From Eledone cirrhosa (lineage: Eukaryota), in NCBI GenBank assembly GCA_964016885.1, contig OZ024766.1, positions 4,092,001 to 4,156,000 on the forward strand: a stretch of 64,000 nt of DNA. Reading direction: 5' to 3'. The notes beneath the pieces were generated by a model. It worked only from the letters and a program-made list of their open reading frames with translations. It was not told the DNA's origin and searched no databases. Both the position numbers and the translations under genes were made by a program. Each line of letters starts with the position of its first letter. Positions within the stretch are counted from its first letter, which is position 1. This document shows, piece by piece, positions 27,720 through 42,503 of this stretch.

Positions 27720-27750
<31 letters not shown>

Positions 27751-27970
27751 AGGTGTGTGTGTGTGTAGGTGTGTGTCTGTGTAGGTGTGTGTGTAGATGT
27801 GTGTGTGAGTGTAGGTGTGTAGGTGTGTAGATGTGTGTGTGAGTGTAGGTGTGTAGGTGTGTAGGTGTGTGTGTGTAGGTGTGTGTGTGTGTGTGTTTTT
27901 TACCTATGAGTATGTGTATACATATGTATATATATATAGAGAGAGAGTGAGACAGACAGTGTACTGATAG

Positions 27971-28008
<38 letters not shown>

Positions 28009-28014
<6 letters not shown>

Positions 28015-28582
28015 ATACTTTGGGAGGGTCATGTTGCCAATAAGAAACACACGCACCAGTTGCTTTCACTTCAATTTATTATATATTTATAAATTTATAA
28101 ATTTACAAATCTACAAACTTATACATTTCTGGTTGGTTGGTTGGTTCCACAACCAGATAGTTGTTTATATATAGTCATAGTCCTTTCGTCACACACTCTG
28201 TGACCTCTTCAGTGACTGGGGATTCCTTTCTTTGTTTCTGTGCCTTTCCTTTCTTCAAAATGGCGTAGGACAGAAGAAAGGAAAGGCATAGAAACAAAGA
28301 AAGGAATCCCCAGTCACTGAAGAGGTCACAGAGTGTGTGACGAAAGGACTATGACTATATATAAACAACAATCTGGTTGTGGAACCAACCAACCAACCAG
28401 AAATTTATAAGTTTGTAGATTTGTAAATTTATAAATTTATAAATATATAATAAATTGAAGTGAAAGCAACTGGTGCGTGTGTTTCTTATTGGCAACATGA
28501 CCCTCCCAAAGTATAATAATAATATCGGTTTCAACACACGATTTCAGATAAAGAATCTTGCTAAACAAATTCAGAAACGAAA
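28009..28582. mobile_element. Inverted (fold-back) pair of PLE pLTRs
   Basis: Near-perfect ~245-bp inverted arms centred at ~28263, each with an HHR. The right arm continues into [28 protein letters not shown], then (TA)n. Confidence 0.8.
28312..28356 (+). ncRNA. Type I hammerhead in a PLE pLTR fold-back (inverted copy 28173-28217)
   Basis: AGTCA-CTGAAGA-G-GTCACA(GAGTG)TGTGAC-GAAA-GGAC-TA-TGACT; same layout as the motif in the intact PLE. Confidence 0.75.
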
Positions 28583-28616
28583 TATATATATATATTTATA
28601 AAACTGATCTATATTA

Positions 28617-28681
28617 TATTTTATCTGATGAAAGCACACCATAATTTAACTTGGTATCCCTGAAATATGTATAATGAAATA
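28617..28681 (+). ncRNA. Type I hammerhead (TATTTTAT family)
   Basis: TATTTTAT-CTGATGA-...-GAAA-TATGTA-TA-ATGAAATA. Confidence 0.6.
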
Positions 28682-28804
28682 AATATGGTTTTATAAATAT
28701 AGTTTCCATTTGTTAATATCGTATTTTTACTCCAAATAATTTGTTGAGTGCTTTATATCAGTTATAAAAATATTTGCTTGTTGTATGCCAACAATTTAAA
28801 TAGA

Positions 28805-28850
<46 letters not shown>

Positions 28851-29265
28851 TAGATAGATAAATCTACCAAAAGTTTAACGGTAGTGTCCAATCCGTATGA
28901 AGAACTCAATGTAATCTGGATATCATGGAAAGAAGAGATGCAATGAAAAATCACTTTCGGTGAAAGATAAACGGAATACAGAGTCAAGATAAAATGTTAA
29001 AAAAATAATGAATAAAACAATGAAACAGTTCCTTATATTAAACAAAAAAAGTTCATTATTTAACGATCGTTTCTAGGATATATATGTGTTAGAATTGGTA
29101 TGCATATTCAACAGATCTATGTACAAAATTATACAAAATTATACAAACTATCAAATATAATATACATACCAACACATACATATGCCGTCTTCTTTTTTTT
29201 TTTTTTTTTTTTTTTTTTTGTTTAATATAAGGAACTGTTTCATTGTTTTATTCATTATTTTTTTA

Positions 29266-29322
<57 letters not shown>

Positions 29323-29445
29323 CTAACTATTGGAGTCGATTAGAAAAGCTCAAACTTTATTCTCTCCAACGTCGCCCTAGCGCTACATTATCTGCATCCG
29401 TATCCTACCCGTACCTTACCCGTATTCTACCCGTATCTTTTCCAG

Positions 29446-29536
29446 GTCACTTTATGGGCAACCACACTGTTATCGATCACTTACGAAAAGCTGGCTTCGT
29501 AATCGAACACACATCGCCGGAGTATTTGATACCTGA
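29446..29536 (+). CDS. TRABD2: Internal coding exon of a Tiki/TraB-domain metalloprotease (TRABD2-like)
   Basis: Pyrimidine-rich acceptor ...gtatcttttccag| and donor ...cctga|gtgagt flank a 91-nt open exon reading (G)HFMGNHTVIDHLRKAGFVIEHTSPEYLIP(D). This matches my recollection of the Tiki C-terminal TraB motif [26 protein letters not shown]. It is absent from the ORF track. Confidence 0.8.
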
Positions 29537-29632
29537 GTGAGTACTAGAGTTGCATCCTTGTCTCTTGGTGGTGGAGGTGGTGGGGGAGTCTCCCTCATCA
29601 CCTCCCTCGCCCCTCATCCATTTTCTTTTTAC

Positions 29633-30495
29633 TCTTCTTCTTCTTCTTCTTCTTCTTCTTCTTCTTCTTCTTCTTCTTCTTCTTCTTCTTCTTCTTCTTC
29701 TTCTTCTTCCCGAGGGAGTCGTGTGGGCAGAGTCCTCAAACAATCCTTCCAATGGGTCTCCTGTCAGAAGCAACAGTCTGGATCCCCAAGCAAGACCAGC
29801 CAAGCTCATGGATGTTACCCAACCATCTTGCTCGGGGGTTCAACTCCTGGGTTTCCTGCCAGTTGGTTTTGCCCGTAAAATCTCTCCAAAGATTCTATCC
29901 TGAGACATTCTAACCACATGTCTGTAGCATCAGAGCTGTGATCTCTCAATTCAGAGATTCTTTCCTGAGATATTCTAACCACATGTCTGTAGTATCAGAG
30001 CTGTGATCTCTCAATTCAGAGATTCTTTCCTGAGACATTCTAACCACATGTCTGTAGTATCAGAGCTGTGATCTCTCAATTCAGAGATTCTTTCCTGAGA
30101 CATTCTAACCACATGTCCATAGTATCAGAGCTGTGATCTCTCAACTCAGAGATTCTTTCCTGAGACATTCTAACCACATGTCTGTAGTATCAGAGCTGTG
30201 ATCTCTCAATTCAGAGATTCTTTCCTGAGACATTCTAACCACATGTCCATAGTATCAGAGCTGTGATCTCTCAACTCAGAGATTCTGTCCTGAGACATTC
30301 TAACCACATGTCTGTAGTATCAGAGCTGTGATCTCTCAACTCAGAGATTCTTTCCTGAGACATTCTAACCACATGTCTGTAGTATCAGAGCTGTGATCTC
30401 TCAATCCAGAGATTCTATCCTGAGACATTCTAACCACATGTCTGTAGTATCAGAGCTGTGATCTCTCAATTCAGAGAAGTAGGGGCTCTACCTCA
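29633..30495 (-). mobile_element. Same RTE family: ~9 units of the 65-bp array, LINE 3' end and (GAA)n tail
   Basis: Reverse complement of the 65-bp unit at 29890-30477, then RKPR...R.ARWL..IHELGWS-like tail and (TTC)n at 29633-29709. Confidence 0.75.
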
Positions 30496-30623
30496 TACTA
30501 CTCCTCTCTCTTTACATCAGCTGCCTGTGTGAATGTATGTATGTGTTTGTGTGAATGTGTGTATGTGTTAGTGTGCATTTTTGTGTGTGTTTTTGCATGT
30601 TTATATTTATATACTCATACATA

Positions 30624-30943
30624 GAAATATTGCCAGAATTACTAACACAATACACTCACTGTTTGGTTGGTTTTCGCTTCTGTGTCTTTTATATCAGTTA
30701 ATTCATTCGGACGATGTTGCAGATGTGCAACGAAAGAACTTTGTTAGACTATATATATGTGTTTATATCTATATTATATATGTATTTTTGACCGATGGTC
30801 AGTCAATGGTAAACATTGAGGACCGAATGAATTAACTGATATAAAAGACACAGAAGCGAAAACCAACCAAACAGTGAGTGTGTTGTGTTATTAATTCTGG
30901 CAATATTATTACAACAATATGACCCTCCCCAAATATAACAATA
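30624..30943 (+). mobile_element. pLTR fragment closely related to the intact PLE, with an inverted 5' segment
   Basis: 30708-30943 is similar to 19293-19540; ~30625-30710 is the reverse complement of ~30823-30905. Confidence 0.75.
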
Positions 30944-31126
30944 TATATATATGTATATATATATATATAATGATATTAAATAAATGGAAACTATATTTAT
31001 AAAACCATTTATAGTTTCCATTTATTTAATATCATTGAATACTTACTCCAGAAACTTGTCGAGTGCTCTGAATCAGTTATAAACATTTATATTTGTTGTA
31101 TTTCCAACAAATTAAATATCCCTTCT

Positions 31127-31245
<119 letters not shown>

Positions 31246-31865
31246 TATATAATATATAAGAACAAAAGATGGTTAAAAGAGTTCCATGTATTTTATTATG
31301 CGCATTTCAAAAACAAATATCATCATGCAATAATATTTGTGTTTTCATCAAATAAAACAGGAAGACATGATATGAAGGTTAAAAAACACTTGTGAATAGT
31401 GCAGTTTTAAATCAACATATTTTAACCATCTTTTGTTCTTATATATTAGTATACTACAGTCCTACAAACTGTAGAGTGCTTCTTATCCGATATCTGCATT
31501 GCTTTATTGTACTACAATAAAACTCACCTCCTACATACATATATATATATATATATATATGAAAAAGTGAGTCCTTCATCAGTGACCCTCCAACCGTCCT
31601 GGGCATTTCATCGCTTTAAGGGCCATATGCCTCGGGTTGGTGCGAACAACGGCTAAAAAAAGTCGTTGGGACACGTAAATAAAGGGGGACGCCAGAGTAA
31701 CAACAAAAAGTTTTAGCAACGGAAAGTGAGTAGAAATAGACAAGTCCCAGATCTCTATGAATATAAACTCTGTGAAATCGTGAACAAGAGACAAAAGACC
31801 ATCAAACCTGGTTGAAATGTGAGCAAGGAAAGAATTTCGCCCAAGTTTGACGGGGGGGGGGGGAA

Positions 31866-31913
<48 letters not shown>

Positions 31914-32009
31914 ATATATATATATAGAAGAGATATTTAATTTGTTGGAAATCCAACAAATTTTTGATGTTTATAACTGATTCAGAGCACTCGACAGTTT
32001 CTGGAGTAA

Positions 32010-32383
32010 ATATTCAATGATATTAAATAAATGGAAACTATATTTATAAAACCATATTTATTCTATTGTATATATTTCAAGGGTACCAAAATTTTGGTAC
32101 GCTCTCATCAGATAAAATACAAAATGTTTTATAAATATTTGACATGACCAAGGATAATATACTTTAACGGTTCAAGTTATCCCTGGAAAGGTTTACAGGG
32201 ATAATTTGATTACTTTGCAGGGATAACTTGAGCCGTTAAGGTATATTATCTTTGGTCATGTCAAATATTTATAAAACATTTTGTATTTTATCTGATGAGA
32301 GCGTACCAAAATTTTGGTACCCTTGAAATATATATAATAGAATAAATATGGTTTTATAAATATAGTTTCCATTTATTTAATAT

Positions 32384-32390
<7 letters not shown>
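32010..32390. mobile_element. Fold-back HHR-bearing non-autonomous element
   Basis: ~170-bp inverted arms around a short spacer (~32187-32218). Same family as 38160-38512, 7660-7890, 28600-28810, 38578-38815, 56700-56875 and 63680-63870. Confidence 0.7.
32284..32344 (+). ncRNA. Type I hammerhead (TATTTTAT family; inverted copy ~32060-32119)
   Basis: TATTTTAT-CTGATGA-GAGCGTACCAAAATTTTGGTACCCTT-GAAA-TATATA-TA-ATAGAATA. Confidence 0.75.
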
Positions 32391-32443
<53 letters not shown>

Positions 32444-33269
32444 TTGTGTGTATATATACATGTGTGTATATATGAATGTATATATCTATGTCCGGGAGAG
32501 ATGACCCCTTAGCCTTTGTCAAGGCAGAATTCTAGGAGAAGGAAAACTCTGATATAACACCTGCAACCCTGATGGTATCCAATGATGTTGACTTGTTCTT
32601 CTTTTTGGTAAATATCTTCTTGGTTAAGAGAGTGGGACTGGCTTTGTGCAGTGCCTTTGCTCACTATAAAAGCTTCACGGCACAGGCATTGCTTTATATC
32701 TGGAGATCTCTCTGCACTTGTCATCACATGGTACCATGGGCCCAGCACTATGTGTCAATAATTGTCACAGGTGTAGTGTTTGTACCAGAGTTTTCAAGTC
32801 GCTGGCTGGACTAAAAAGTCACACTCGTTCAGCGCATCGGTAGGGGTTCTCCTACATGGATATAAAGTAGTGGCCGTACTCGAAAACGAGTTGGCAGCCA
32901 CCATATATCTATGTATGAGTACACACACACACATACACATATATATGTGACTGTGCGTGTGTGTGTGTGGTGTAAGTATATATATGCATGTGTGTATACA
33001 TACATGTGTGTGTATATATAAGTATATATCTATGTATGAATACACACACAAACACCCAGTGATAGCTCTACATCACCACCAGAGGGCGTGACGGTCTATG
33101 ACAGGTAGCATTCAACCATCCAGTCAGAAGCCGTTGCCATTTCGGGACCGGAAGTGATGGTCTGATTACGTGCCGGTCACATGACAGCTCAGCCCATCCC
33201 AGTCAACATCAGCTACCCTCTCCTCCACACCACCACCACCACCAACAACAACACCACTACAATTACCAC

Positions 33270-33300
<31 letters not shown>

Positions 33301-34126
33301 TCAACAACACCACTACAATTACCACACCACCACCACCATCACCACCACCAATAGTAACACCACCACCACCTCCACTGTCGCCACTACAAATCACCACCAC
33401 CACCTCCACCAACAACAACAACCACTACAACAATAACAACCACTACAACCACCACCACATCAATCAACACCACGAACACCTCCACCAACACCAACACCAT
33501 CACCATCACCACCACCACCACTACCTTCACCACCACCACCAACTCCACTACACTTCACCACCACCACCACCATCAGCACCACCACCACTACACATCACCA
33601 CCACCACCACCACCACCATCATCAACACCACCACTACACATCACCACCACCACCACCAACACCACCACTACACATCAGCACCACCACCACCACCAACACC
33701 ACTACACATCACCACCACCACCACCATCATCATCAACAACACCACTACACATCACCACCACCACCACCACCACAACCACCCCAACACCGCCCTCCTTCCC
33801 TCCCTCCCTCCGCTCCACTCTAAACTAACGACACTTCGCCCAGTGACGACGGAAAGGCGGAGGAAAGGAAAGGAGAGGAGAATGAGGGTGGGTGGGTGGA
33901 AGAGGGAGAGGTAGGATGGAGTAGGCGAGGGGGAAGAGAAGGAAGGGGAGAAGAAGGTGAAAAGTTCAAAGTTCAACACCCCCCTCTCGACCTCACCCCA
34001 CCACCCACGGGATAATTCCCGTTGACATCCCTCAAGGAAAATAAGTAGAAAATTTGAATTAAACAAAAAAAAAACCTCTCCTAAAGACGTATTAAGATGT
34101 TTGTGGCATGTATGTATATTTGTATA

Positions 34127-34172
<46 letters not shown>

Positions 34173-34184
34173 TTCTCTGTCTCC

Positions 34185-34222
<38 letters not shown>

Positions 34223-34399
34223 GGATATATATGTGTGTGTGTGTATATATATGCATATATATATATATGCATATATATATATATAAATATATATATATAT
34301 GCATATATATATGCATATATATATGTATATATATATATGCATATATATATATATGCATATATGTATATATAAATATATATATATATATGCATATATATG

Positions 34400-34431
<32 letters not shown>

Positions 34432-34434
34432 TGC

Positions 34435-34490
<56 letters not shown>

Positions 34491-34686
34491 ATGCATATAT
34501 GTATATATATATATGTATATATATATATATTTATATATATATATGCATATATATGTGTGTATATATATATAAATATATATATATATATGCATATATATGT
34601 GTGTATATATACGGTTCTTATATATTTGATATATATTTATCCTTATCGAGCCCTCTTTGGATTTTAGTCTTCAAATTTATTATTAT

Positions 34687-34742
<56 letters not shown>

Positions 34743-35029
34743 ACACACACATACATATATATATTATACAGTTAAGACCGTATTCAACTAAGTACTCAAT
34801 ACTCTGGAAAAAAAGTGTATATGTATCACAAAAAAGGTTAGTGCCCGACGGCGGGGCGCATGCTGTTCCATTATACAAATAGATAGATATTCATGTATGT
34901 ATATTTACACAACGATTCCAGGTGTGTATATAGATTTGTACGTACGTGCTTGTGCATAAATCTATAGATTTGGGAACGTATGACACAGTCTGTGGTTAGC
35001 ACAATAGTATATCTATATATCTATATATC

Positions 35030-35765
35030 TGAAAACCCGCCTCTTCATTGCTGTAGTAGAGTCTGTGCTGCTGTACGGGTCTGAGACTTGGACACTGACC
35101 AAGAAACTCACTCAGATGGTGGATGGGTGCTACACGAGAATGCTGAGGATGGCTCATTGTTGTAGTGGAGTCTGTGCTGCTGTACGGGTCTGAGACTTGG
35201 ACACTGACCAAGAAACTCACTCAGATGGTGGATGGGTGCTACACGAGAATGCTGAGGATGGCTCATTGTTGTAGTGGAGTCTGTGCTGCTGTACGGGTCT
35301 GAGACTTGGACACTGACCAAGAAACTCACTCAGATGGTGGATGGGTGCTACACGAGAATGCTGAGGATGGCTCATTGTTGTAGTGGAGTCTGTGCTGCTG
35401 TATGGGTCTGAGACTTGGACACTGGCCAAGAAACTCACTCAGATGGTGGATGGGTGCTACACGAGAATGCTGAGGATGGCTCTGAACATTAATCAGTATA
35501 CACTGAGGATGAAGGACTCAGAGCTGTACGGGAGCCTCCCAAAAGTCAGCTCGAGAGTAGCCCAGAGGAGACTGAGGTTAGCTGGACATGCTCACCGACA
35601 TCCAGAGTTGACATTGCACTCAGTGCTCCTGTGGGAGCCCCTGCATGGACACACTGGAAGAGGGAGACCAAGGTTAACGTATGTTGATGCCCTAAGGACA
35701 GACACTGGTCTGTTGGAGACGCAGGACATGGCAGCGATAATGAGGGACAGAGACCGTTGGATCTC
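35030..35765 (+). mobile_element. 5'-truncated RTE LINE with four tandem 109-bp units
   Basis: VESVLLYGSETWTLAKKLTQMVDGCYTRMLRMAL (x4), then ...RRLRLAGHAHRHPE...LLWEP.HG...GRPRLTYVDAL. Confidence 0.85.
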
Positions 35766-35800
35766 GGGAATTTTAGCCGCCCTAGAATATATAAAAGCGA

Positions 35801-35844
<44 letters not shown>

Positions 35845-36021
35845 ACAATTTTGGACAGCTAAGGCTTCTACAATTCCCAACCGAATTTAACCAAATTTTC
35901 TGTGCACGTTGCACCTGTCGCTAACATGGTGACATATATATACTTTTTTCCATATAAAACAAGTAACAATCAAAGACCAACCAGATGTGAGAAAAACCAC
36001 AGACCCTCCATCTGAACTCTA

Positions 36022-36057
36022 CTTTTGAAAAGCAGAAGAACTGCGAAACCAGTAAAG
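36022..36057 (+). ncRNA. Minimal hammerhead, U3-A8 core variant (paralog of 8079-8114)
   Basis: CTT-TTGAAAA-GCAG(AAGAA)CTGC-GAAA-CCAG-TA-AAG. Confidence 0.5.
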
Positions 36058-36194
36058 GAACCAAATAAATATATATATATTTTTTAAATAAGACTCCAGT
36101 TGCATTTTCGGTTTCATCTTTTTTTCTTTATATATATATATATATATATAATATATATATATTATATATATATATATATATAAAATATATATAT

Positions 36195-36237
<43 letters not shown>

Positions 36238-36242
36238 TATAT

Positions 36243-36308
<66 letters not shown>

Positions 36309-36393
36309 TATATATATATATAAAATATATATATATATATATAAAATATATATATATATATATATAAAATATATATATATATATATAAAATAT

Positions 36394-36450
<57 letters not shown>

Positions 36451-36457
36451 ATATATA

Positions 36458-36494
<37 letters not shown>

Positions 36495-36719
36495 GATATA
36501 TATAATATATATATATATATATAAAATATATATTTATATATAAGATATATATATATATAAAATATATATTTATATATAAAATATATATATATTTATATAT
36601 ATATAAAATATATATATATTTATATAAATATATATATAAATATATATATATATATACAGCCGTACTAAGAGTGGGAAATGAAATTTCGTTTCATTTTTCC
36701 TGTTTATCATATATATATT

Positions 36720-36750
<31 letters not shown>

Positions 36751-36821
36751 ATATGCATATATATATTTATATATATATATATATATATGCATATATATAT
36801 ATATATATATATATATGCATA

Positions 36822-36852
<31 letters not shown>

Positions 36853-36970
36853 ATGTATTTATGTATATATGTATAAATAATTATATATATATATAAATAT
36901 AAATATATATATAAATTAATAAAAATAATGAATAAAAACAAAGAAACAGTTCCTTATATTAAAAAATTCA

Positions 36971-37104
36971 TCATTTTACGATCGTTTCTAGGATATATAT
37001 GTGTTAGTGTTGGTATGTATATCATATAGATCTATGTAAAATTTTTACAAACTATCAGAGGGAATATACATACCTACACATATATATGCTGTCTTCAGAA
37101 ATAA
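36971..37104 (-). ncRNA. Type I hammerhead with a very long stem II domain
   Basis: Minus strand TTATTT-CTGAAGA-(~100-nt hairpin, e.g. GGTATGTATAT/ATATACATACC)-GAAA-CGATCG-TA-AAATGA. A truncated paralog at ~29050-29192 has poly-T in place of part of the core. Confidence 0.65.
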
Positions 37105-37647
37105 TCAATATATATACATATACATATACATATATATATGTATATGTATATATGTATTTATATATGTATATATATATATAAATATATATATATATGCATA
37201 TATATATATATGTATTTATGTATATGTATATATGTATTTATATATGTATATATATATACATATATATATATTCTTAAGTAGCTACAAAAACTTCGAAATA
37301 TTTGGATGATATAACACAGCCGCCACCACCACCAACACCACCACTAGCACCAACACACCACCATCTCCACCAACAACAACACGAACACCACCACTAACAC
37401 CACCACCACCACCAACAACAACACCAACACCAACACCACCAACAACAACAACAACAGCATACGTTGTAATAGATAGTCTTGGCTGTATCTCACGTTCCGC
37501 AGCTATTTTGAGTTCGAGTCCCAGTAGGTTTGAATATGTTATTAAGTTGTGTAACATGTCGGATCTGCTAAGATATTCCCTACCCTCGGGACTTCACTGG
37601 TAATCTTAACACCCCACCCCCCGGGCCATCCTGCACTCTATCTTTTT

Positions 37648-37701
<54 letters not shown>

Positions 37702-37733
37702 GTCTGCCTGTCTCTCGCACTCTCTCCCTCTCT

Positions 37734-37787
<54 letters not shown>

Positions 37788-38159
37788 AGAAAAGTCTTTA
37801 AGAGAAGCTATATATATATATATATATATATATATGCAGAAGTTATATTTAATTTGTTGGGATTCCAACAAACTTAAAAGTTTATAACTGATATAGAGCA
37901 CTCAACAGTTTACTGGAGTAAATATACAATATATTAATGGTTTCTTATATAGACACAAGGGCAGTAATTTGGGGCGAGGGGAAAGTCGATTAAATCCACC
38001 CCAGTGTATTACTGGTACTTTATTTCATCGACCCCATAACGATGAAAGGCAAAGTTAACTTCGGCGGGATTTGAGCTCAGATCATAAAGAGCCGTAACTC
38101 TGTGCTGCAAAGCATGGCGTCCGACCCTCTACCGATACTGCCAATCCACCGCCCTCCAA

Positions 38160-38509
38160 ATATTCAATATATCAATAAATGGAAACTATATTTATAAAAC
38201 CATAATTATTTTATTATATATATTTCAAGGGCAACCAAGGCAGACTTGGTGCGCTTTCATCAGATAAAATACAAAATTTGTTTTATAAATAGTGACATAA
38301 CCGTGGGAAACACCCTGACGGTTGAAAATTATCTATCCAGCGAATTTTCAACCGTCAAGGTTGTTTTCCACGGTTATGTCACTATTTATAAAACAAATGT
38401 TGTATTTTATCTGATGAAAGCGCACCAAGTCTGCCTTGGTTGCCCTTGAAATATATATAATAAAATAATTATGGTTTTATAAATATAGTTTCCATTTATT
38501 AATATATTG

Positions 38510-38512
<3 letters not shown>
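38160..38512. mobile_element. Fold-back HHR-bearing non-autonomous element
   Basis: ~170-bp inverted arms centred at ~38337, one HHR per arm. Confidence 0.7.
38403..38467 (+). ncRNA. Type I hammerhead (TATTTTAT family; inverted copies ~38207-38271 and ~38708-38772)
   Basis: TATTTTAT-CTGATGA-AAGCGCACCAAG(TCTGC)CTTGGTTGCCCTT-GAAA-TATATA-TA-ATAAAATA; perfect 8-bp stem I. Confidence 0.8.
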
Positions 38513-38577
<65 letters not shown>

Positions 38578-39046
38578 AGAAGTTATATTTAATTTGTTGG
38601 GATACAACAAGCAAATATTTTTATAACTGATATAAAGCACTCAACAAATTATTGGAGTAAAAATACAATATATTAACAAATGGAAACTATATTTATAAAA
38701 CCATACTTATTTCATTATACATATTTCAAGGACACCAAAGCAAATTATGGTGCGCTTTCATCAGATAAAATATAATATAGATCAGTTTTATAAACAAATA
38801 TTGACATACCCTTAAAAAATGCGACCATGTCGGTTGGAACCTCCCGGGAGCTTCCAATAAATATATAGTTTAGATGAATTGATAACACTACCATATAAAG
38901 GCAAAGAATATTTGAAAGATCAATATGATTTTATAGAAAGATATGTATGGGACAGTTCAGAGTTTAATCCAATCGATAAATTTCCAATCATAGTTTTACA
39001 TCAGAGAGCATATAGATAAATAAGTAAAAAATAACCACGATTAAAT

Positions 39047-39085
<39 letters not shown>

Positions 39086-39150
39086 GTATATATATATATA
39101 TGTATATGTATATATGTATATATATTTATGTGTATATATGTATATATATA

Positions 39151-39183
<33 letters not shown>

Positions 39184-39278
39184 ATATATTTATGTGTATA
39201 TATGTATATATATATGTATATATATATATGTATATATGTATATATATTTATGTGTATATATGTATATATGTATATATG

Positions 39279-39375
<97 letters not shown>

Positions 39376-39492
39376 ATATATATATATATGTATGTATATA
39401 TATATATATATGTATGTATATATATATATGTATGTATATATATATATATGTATGTATATATATATATATGTATATATATATATGTATGTATG

Positions 39493-39525
<33 letters not shown>

Positions 39526-39530
39526 GTATG

Positions 39531-39634
<104 letters not shown>

Positions 39635-39765
39635 AATAAACGTGTTGCGTGGTTGCAAATGGGTTACATATGAATAAAGTGGCCCTTTATCAGTGATCTT
39701 CCAACCATCACAGGTCTTTCTTAGAAATACTTGTGATGGTTGGAAGATCACTGATGAAGGACCAT

Positions 39766-39852
<87 letters not shown>

Positions 39853-39946
39853 CTGTATATATATATATGCGTGTGTGTGTGTGTGTGTGTGTAGGGAACT
39901 GGTCCTTGTTAACTGTCACAAAGTAATCTATTACTATCTATACGAC

Positions 39947-40871
39947 CTGTCTTAACTTACGTTTTACCTCATCTTAAGTCATGTCACTTATTAAGACGTG
40001 TCTTAACTTACGTTTTACCTCATATTAAGTCATGTCACTTATGAAGACGTGTCTGAACTTACGTTTTACCTCATCTTAAGTCGTGTCACTTATTAAGACG
40101 TGTCTGAACTTACGTTTTACCTCATCTTAAGTCATGTCACTTATTAAGACGTGTCTTAACTTACGTTTTACCCCATCTTAAGTCATGTCACTTATTAAGA
40201 CGTGTCTTAACTTACGTTTTACCTCATCTTAAGTCATGTCACTTATTAAGACGTGTATTAACTTACGTTTTACCTCATCTTAAGTCGTGTCACTTATTAA
40301 GACGTGTCTTAACTTACGTTTTACCTCATCTTAAGTCGTGTCACTTATTAAGACGTGTCTTAACTTACGTTTTACCTCATCTTAAGTCATGTCACTTATT
40401 AAGACGTGTCTTAACTTACGTTTTACCTCATCTTAAGTCGTGTCACTTATTAAGACGTGTCTTAACTTACGTTTTACCTCATCTTAAGTCATGTCACTTA
40501 TTAAGACGTGTCTTAACTTACGTTTTACCTCATCTTAAGTCGTGTCACTTATTAAGACGTGTCTTAACTTACGTTTTACCTCATCTTAAGTCGTGTCACT
40601 TATTAAGACGTGTCTTAACTTACGTTTTACCTCATCTTAAGTCGTGTCACTTATTAAGACGTGTCTTAACTTACGTTTTACCTCATCTTAAGTCGTGGCA
40701 CTTATTAAGACGTGTCTTAACTTACGTTTTACCTCATCTTAAGTCGTGTCACTTATTAAGACGTGTCTTAACTTACGTTTTACCTCAATTTAAGTCATGG
40801 CACTTATTAAGACGTGTCTTAACTTACGTTTTACCTCATCTTAAGTCGTATTACTTATTAAGACGTGTCTT
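39947..40871 (+). repeat. 51-bp minisatellite (~18 units)
   Basis: CTTAACTTACGTTTTACCTCATCTTAAGTC(A/G)TGTCACTTATTAAGACGTGT repeated. Confidence 0.9.
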
Positions 40872-41122
40872 ATCCTTCCAGAAATCCTGGTAAAAAGTCG
40901 AGAAAAAATCGGCGGCGAAAGAAAATACACATTTCTGACACTAAGGATCCCAGAACCGGAAATGGGGTCGGAAGGGACCAGATGCACCATTTCTTACGGA
41001 ACAGGTTTGTTAGGAGCTTTATATACCTGTCTGTCTGTCTCTCTGTCTGTCTGTCTGTCTGTCTATCTAAACCCCCCCCCCCTCTCTCTCTCTCTTTCTC
41101 TCTCTCTCTATATATATATTTT

Positions 41123-41171
<49 letters not shown>

Positions 41172-41212
41172 TTATATATATATATATATATATTTATAAA
41201 TATATATATATT

Positions 41213-41333
<121 letters not shown>

Positions 41334-41334
41334 T

Positions 41335-41389
<55 letters not shown>

Positions 41390-41416
41390 ATATATTTATA
41401 TAATATATATTTATAT

Positions 41417-41480
<64 letters not shown>

Positions 41481-41684
41481 ATTTATATATATATATATTT
41501 ATATATATATATATTTATATATATATTTATATATATTTATATATATATATATTTATATATTATAAAAAAATATATATATTTATATGTATATATATATGTA
41601 TATATGTATATATATATATATATATATTTATATGTATATATATATGTATATATGTATATATATATATGTATATATATATATGTA

Positions 41685-41847
<163 letters not shown>

Positions 41848-41929
41848 TTATATATATATATATTTATATATATATATATATTTATATATATTTATATATT
41901 ATAAAAAAATATATATATTTATATATGTA

Positions 41930-41960
<31 letters not shown>

Positions 41961-41987
41961 ATATATATATGTATATATGTATATATG

Positions 41988-42020
<33 letters not shown>

Positions 42021-42035
42021 GTATATATATATATG

Positions 42036-42088
<53 letters not shown>

Positions 42089-42089
42089 G

Positions 42090-42187
<98 letters not shown>

Positions 42188-42255
42188 AATATAAATATAT
42201 ATATATGTATATATATATATAAATATATATATATATATTTATATATAAATATATA

Positions 42256-42295
<40 letters not shown>

Positions 42296-42426
42296 TCTAT
42301 ATCTACAGACAACGAAACCACAAGAACCGCCACCAACAACACCAACACGAGACCAAGAGGAAAAACCTCAGTCGACAGGAAAAGATTCGATTTAACGATC
42401 TCTGGATCAGAATAAACACACAGAAG

Positions 42427-42464
<38 letters not shown>

Positions 42465-42503
42465 TTTTTCTCTTTCTCTCTTCTGAGAATATATTTATAT
42501 ATA

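Noticed and set aside
28890-28977. TCCGT-ATGAAGA...GAAA-GATAA-ACGGA as a hammerhead
   Set aside because: Core position 3 is wrong and stem III / cleavage spacing does not fit.
39947-40871. Regular arrays (51, 28, 61, 65, 82 bp) as possible CRISPR arrays
   Set aside because: Units are head-to-tail with no unique spacers, there are no cas genes, and the context is eukaryotic.
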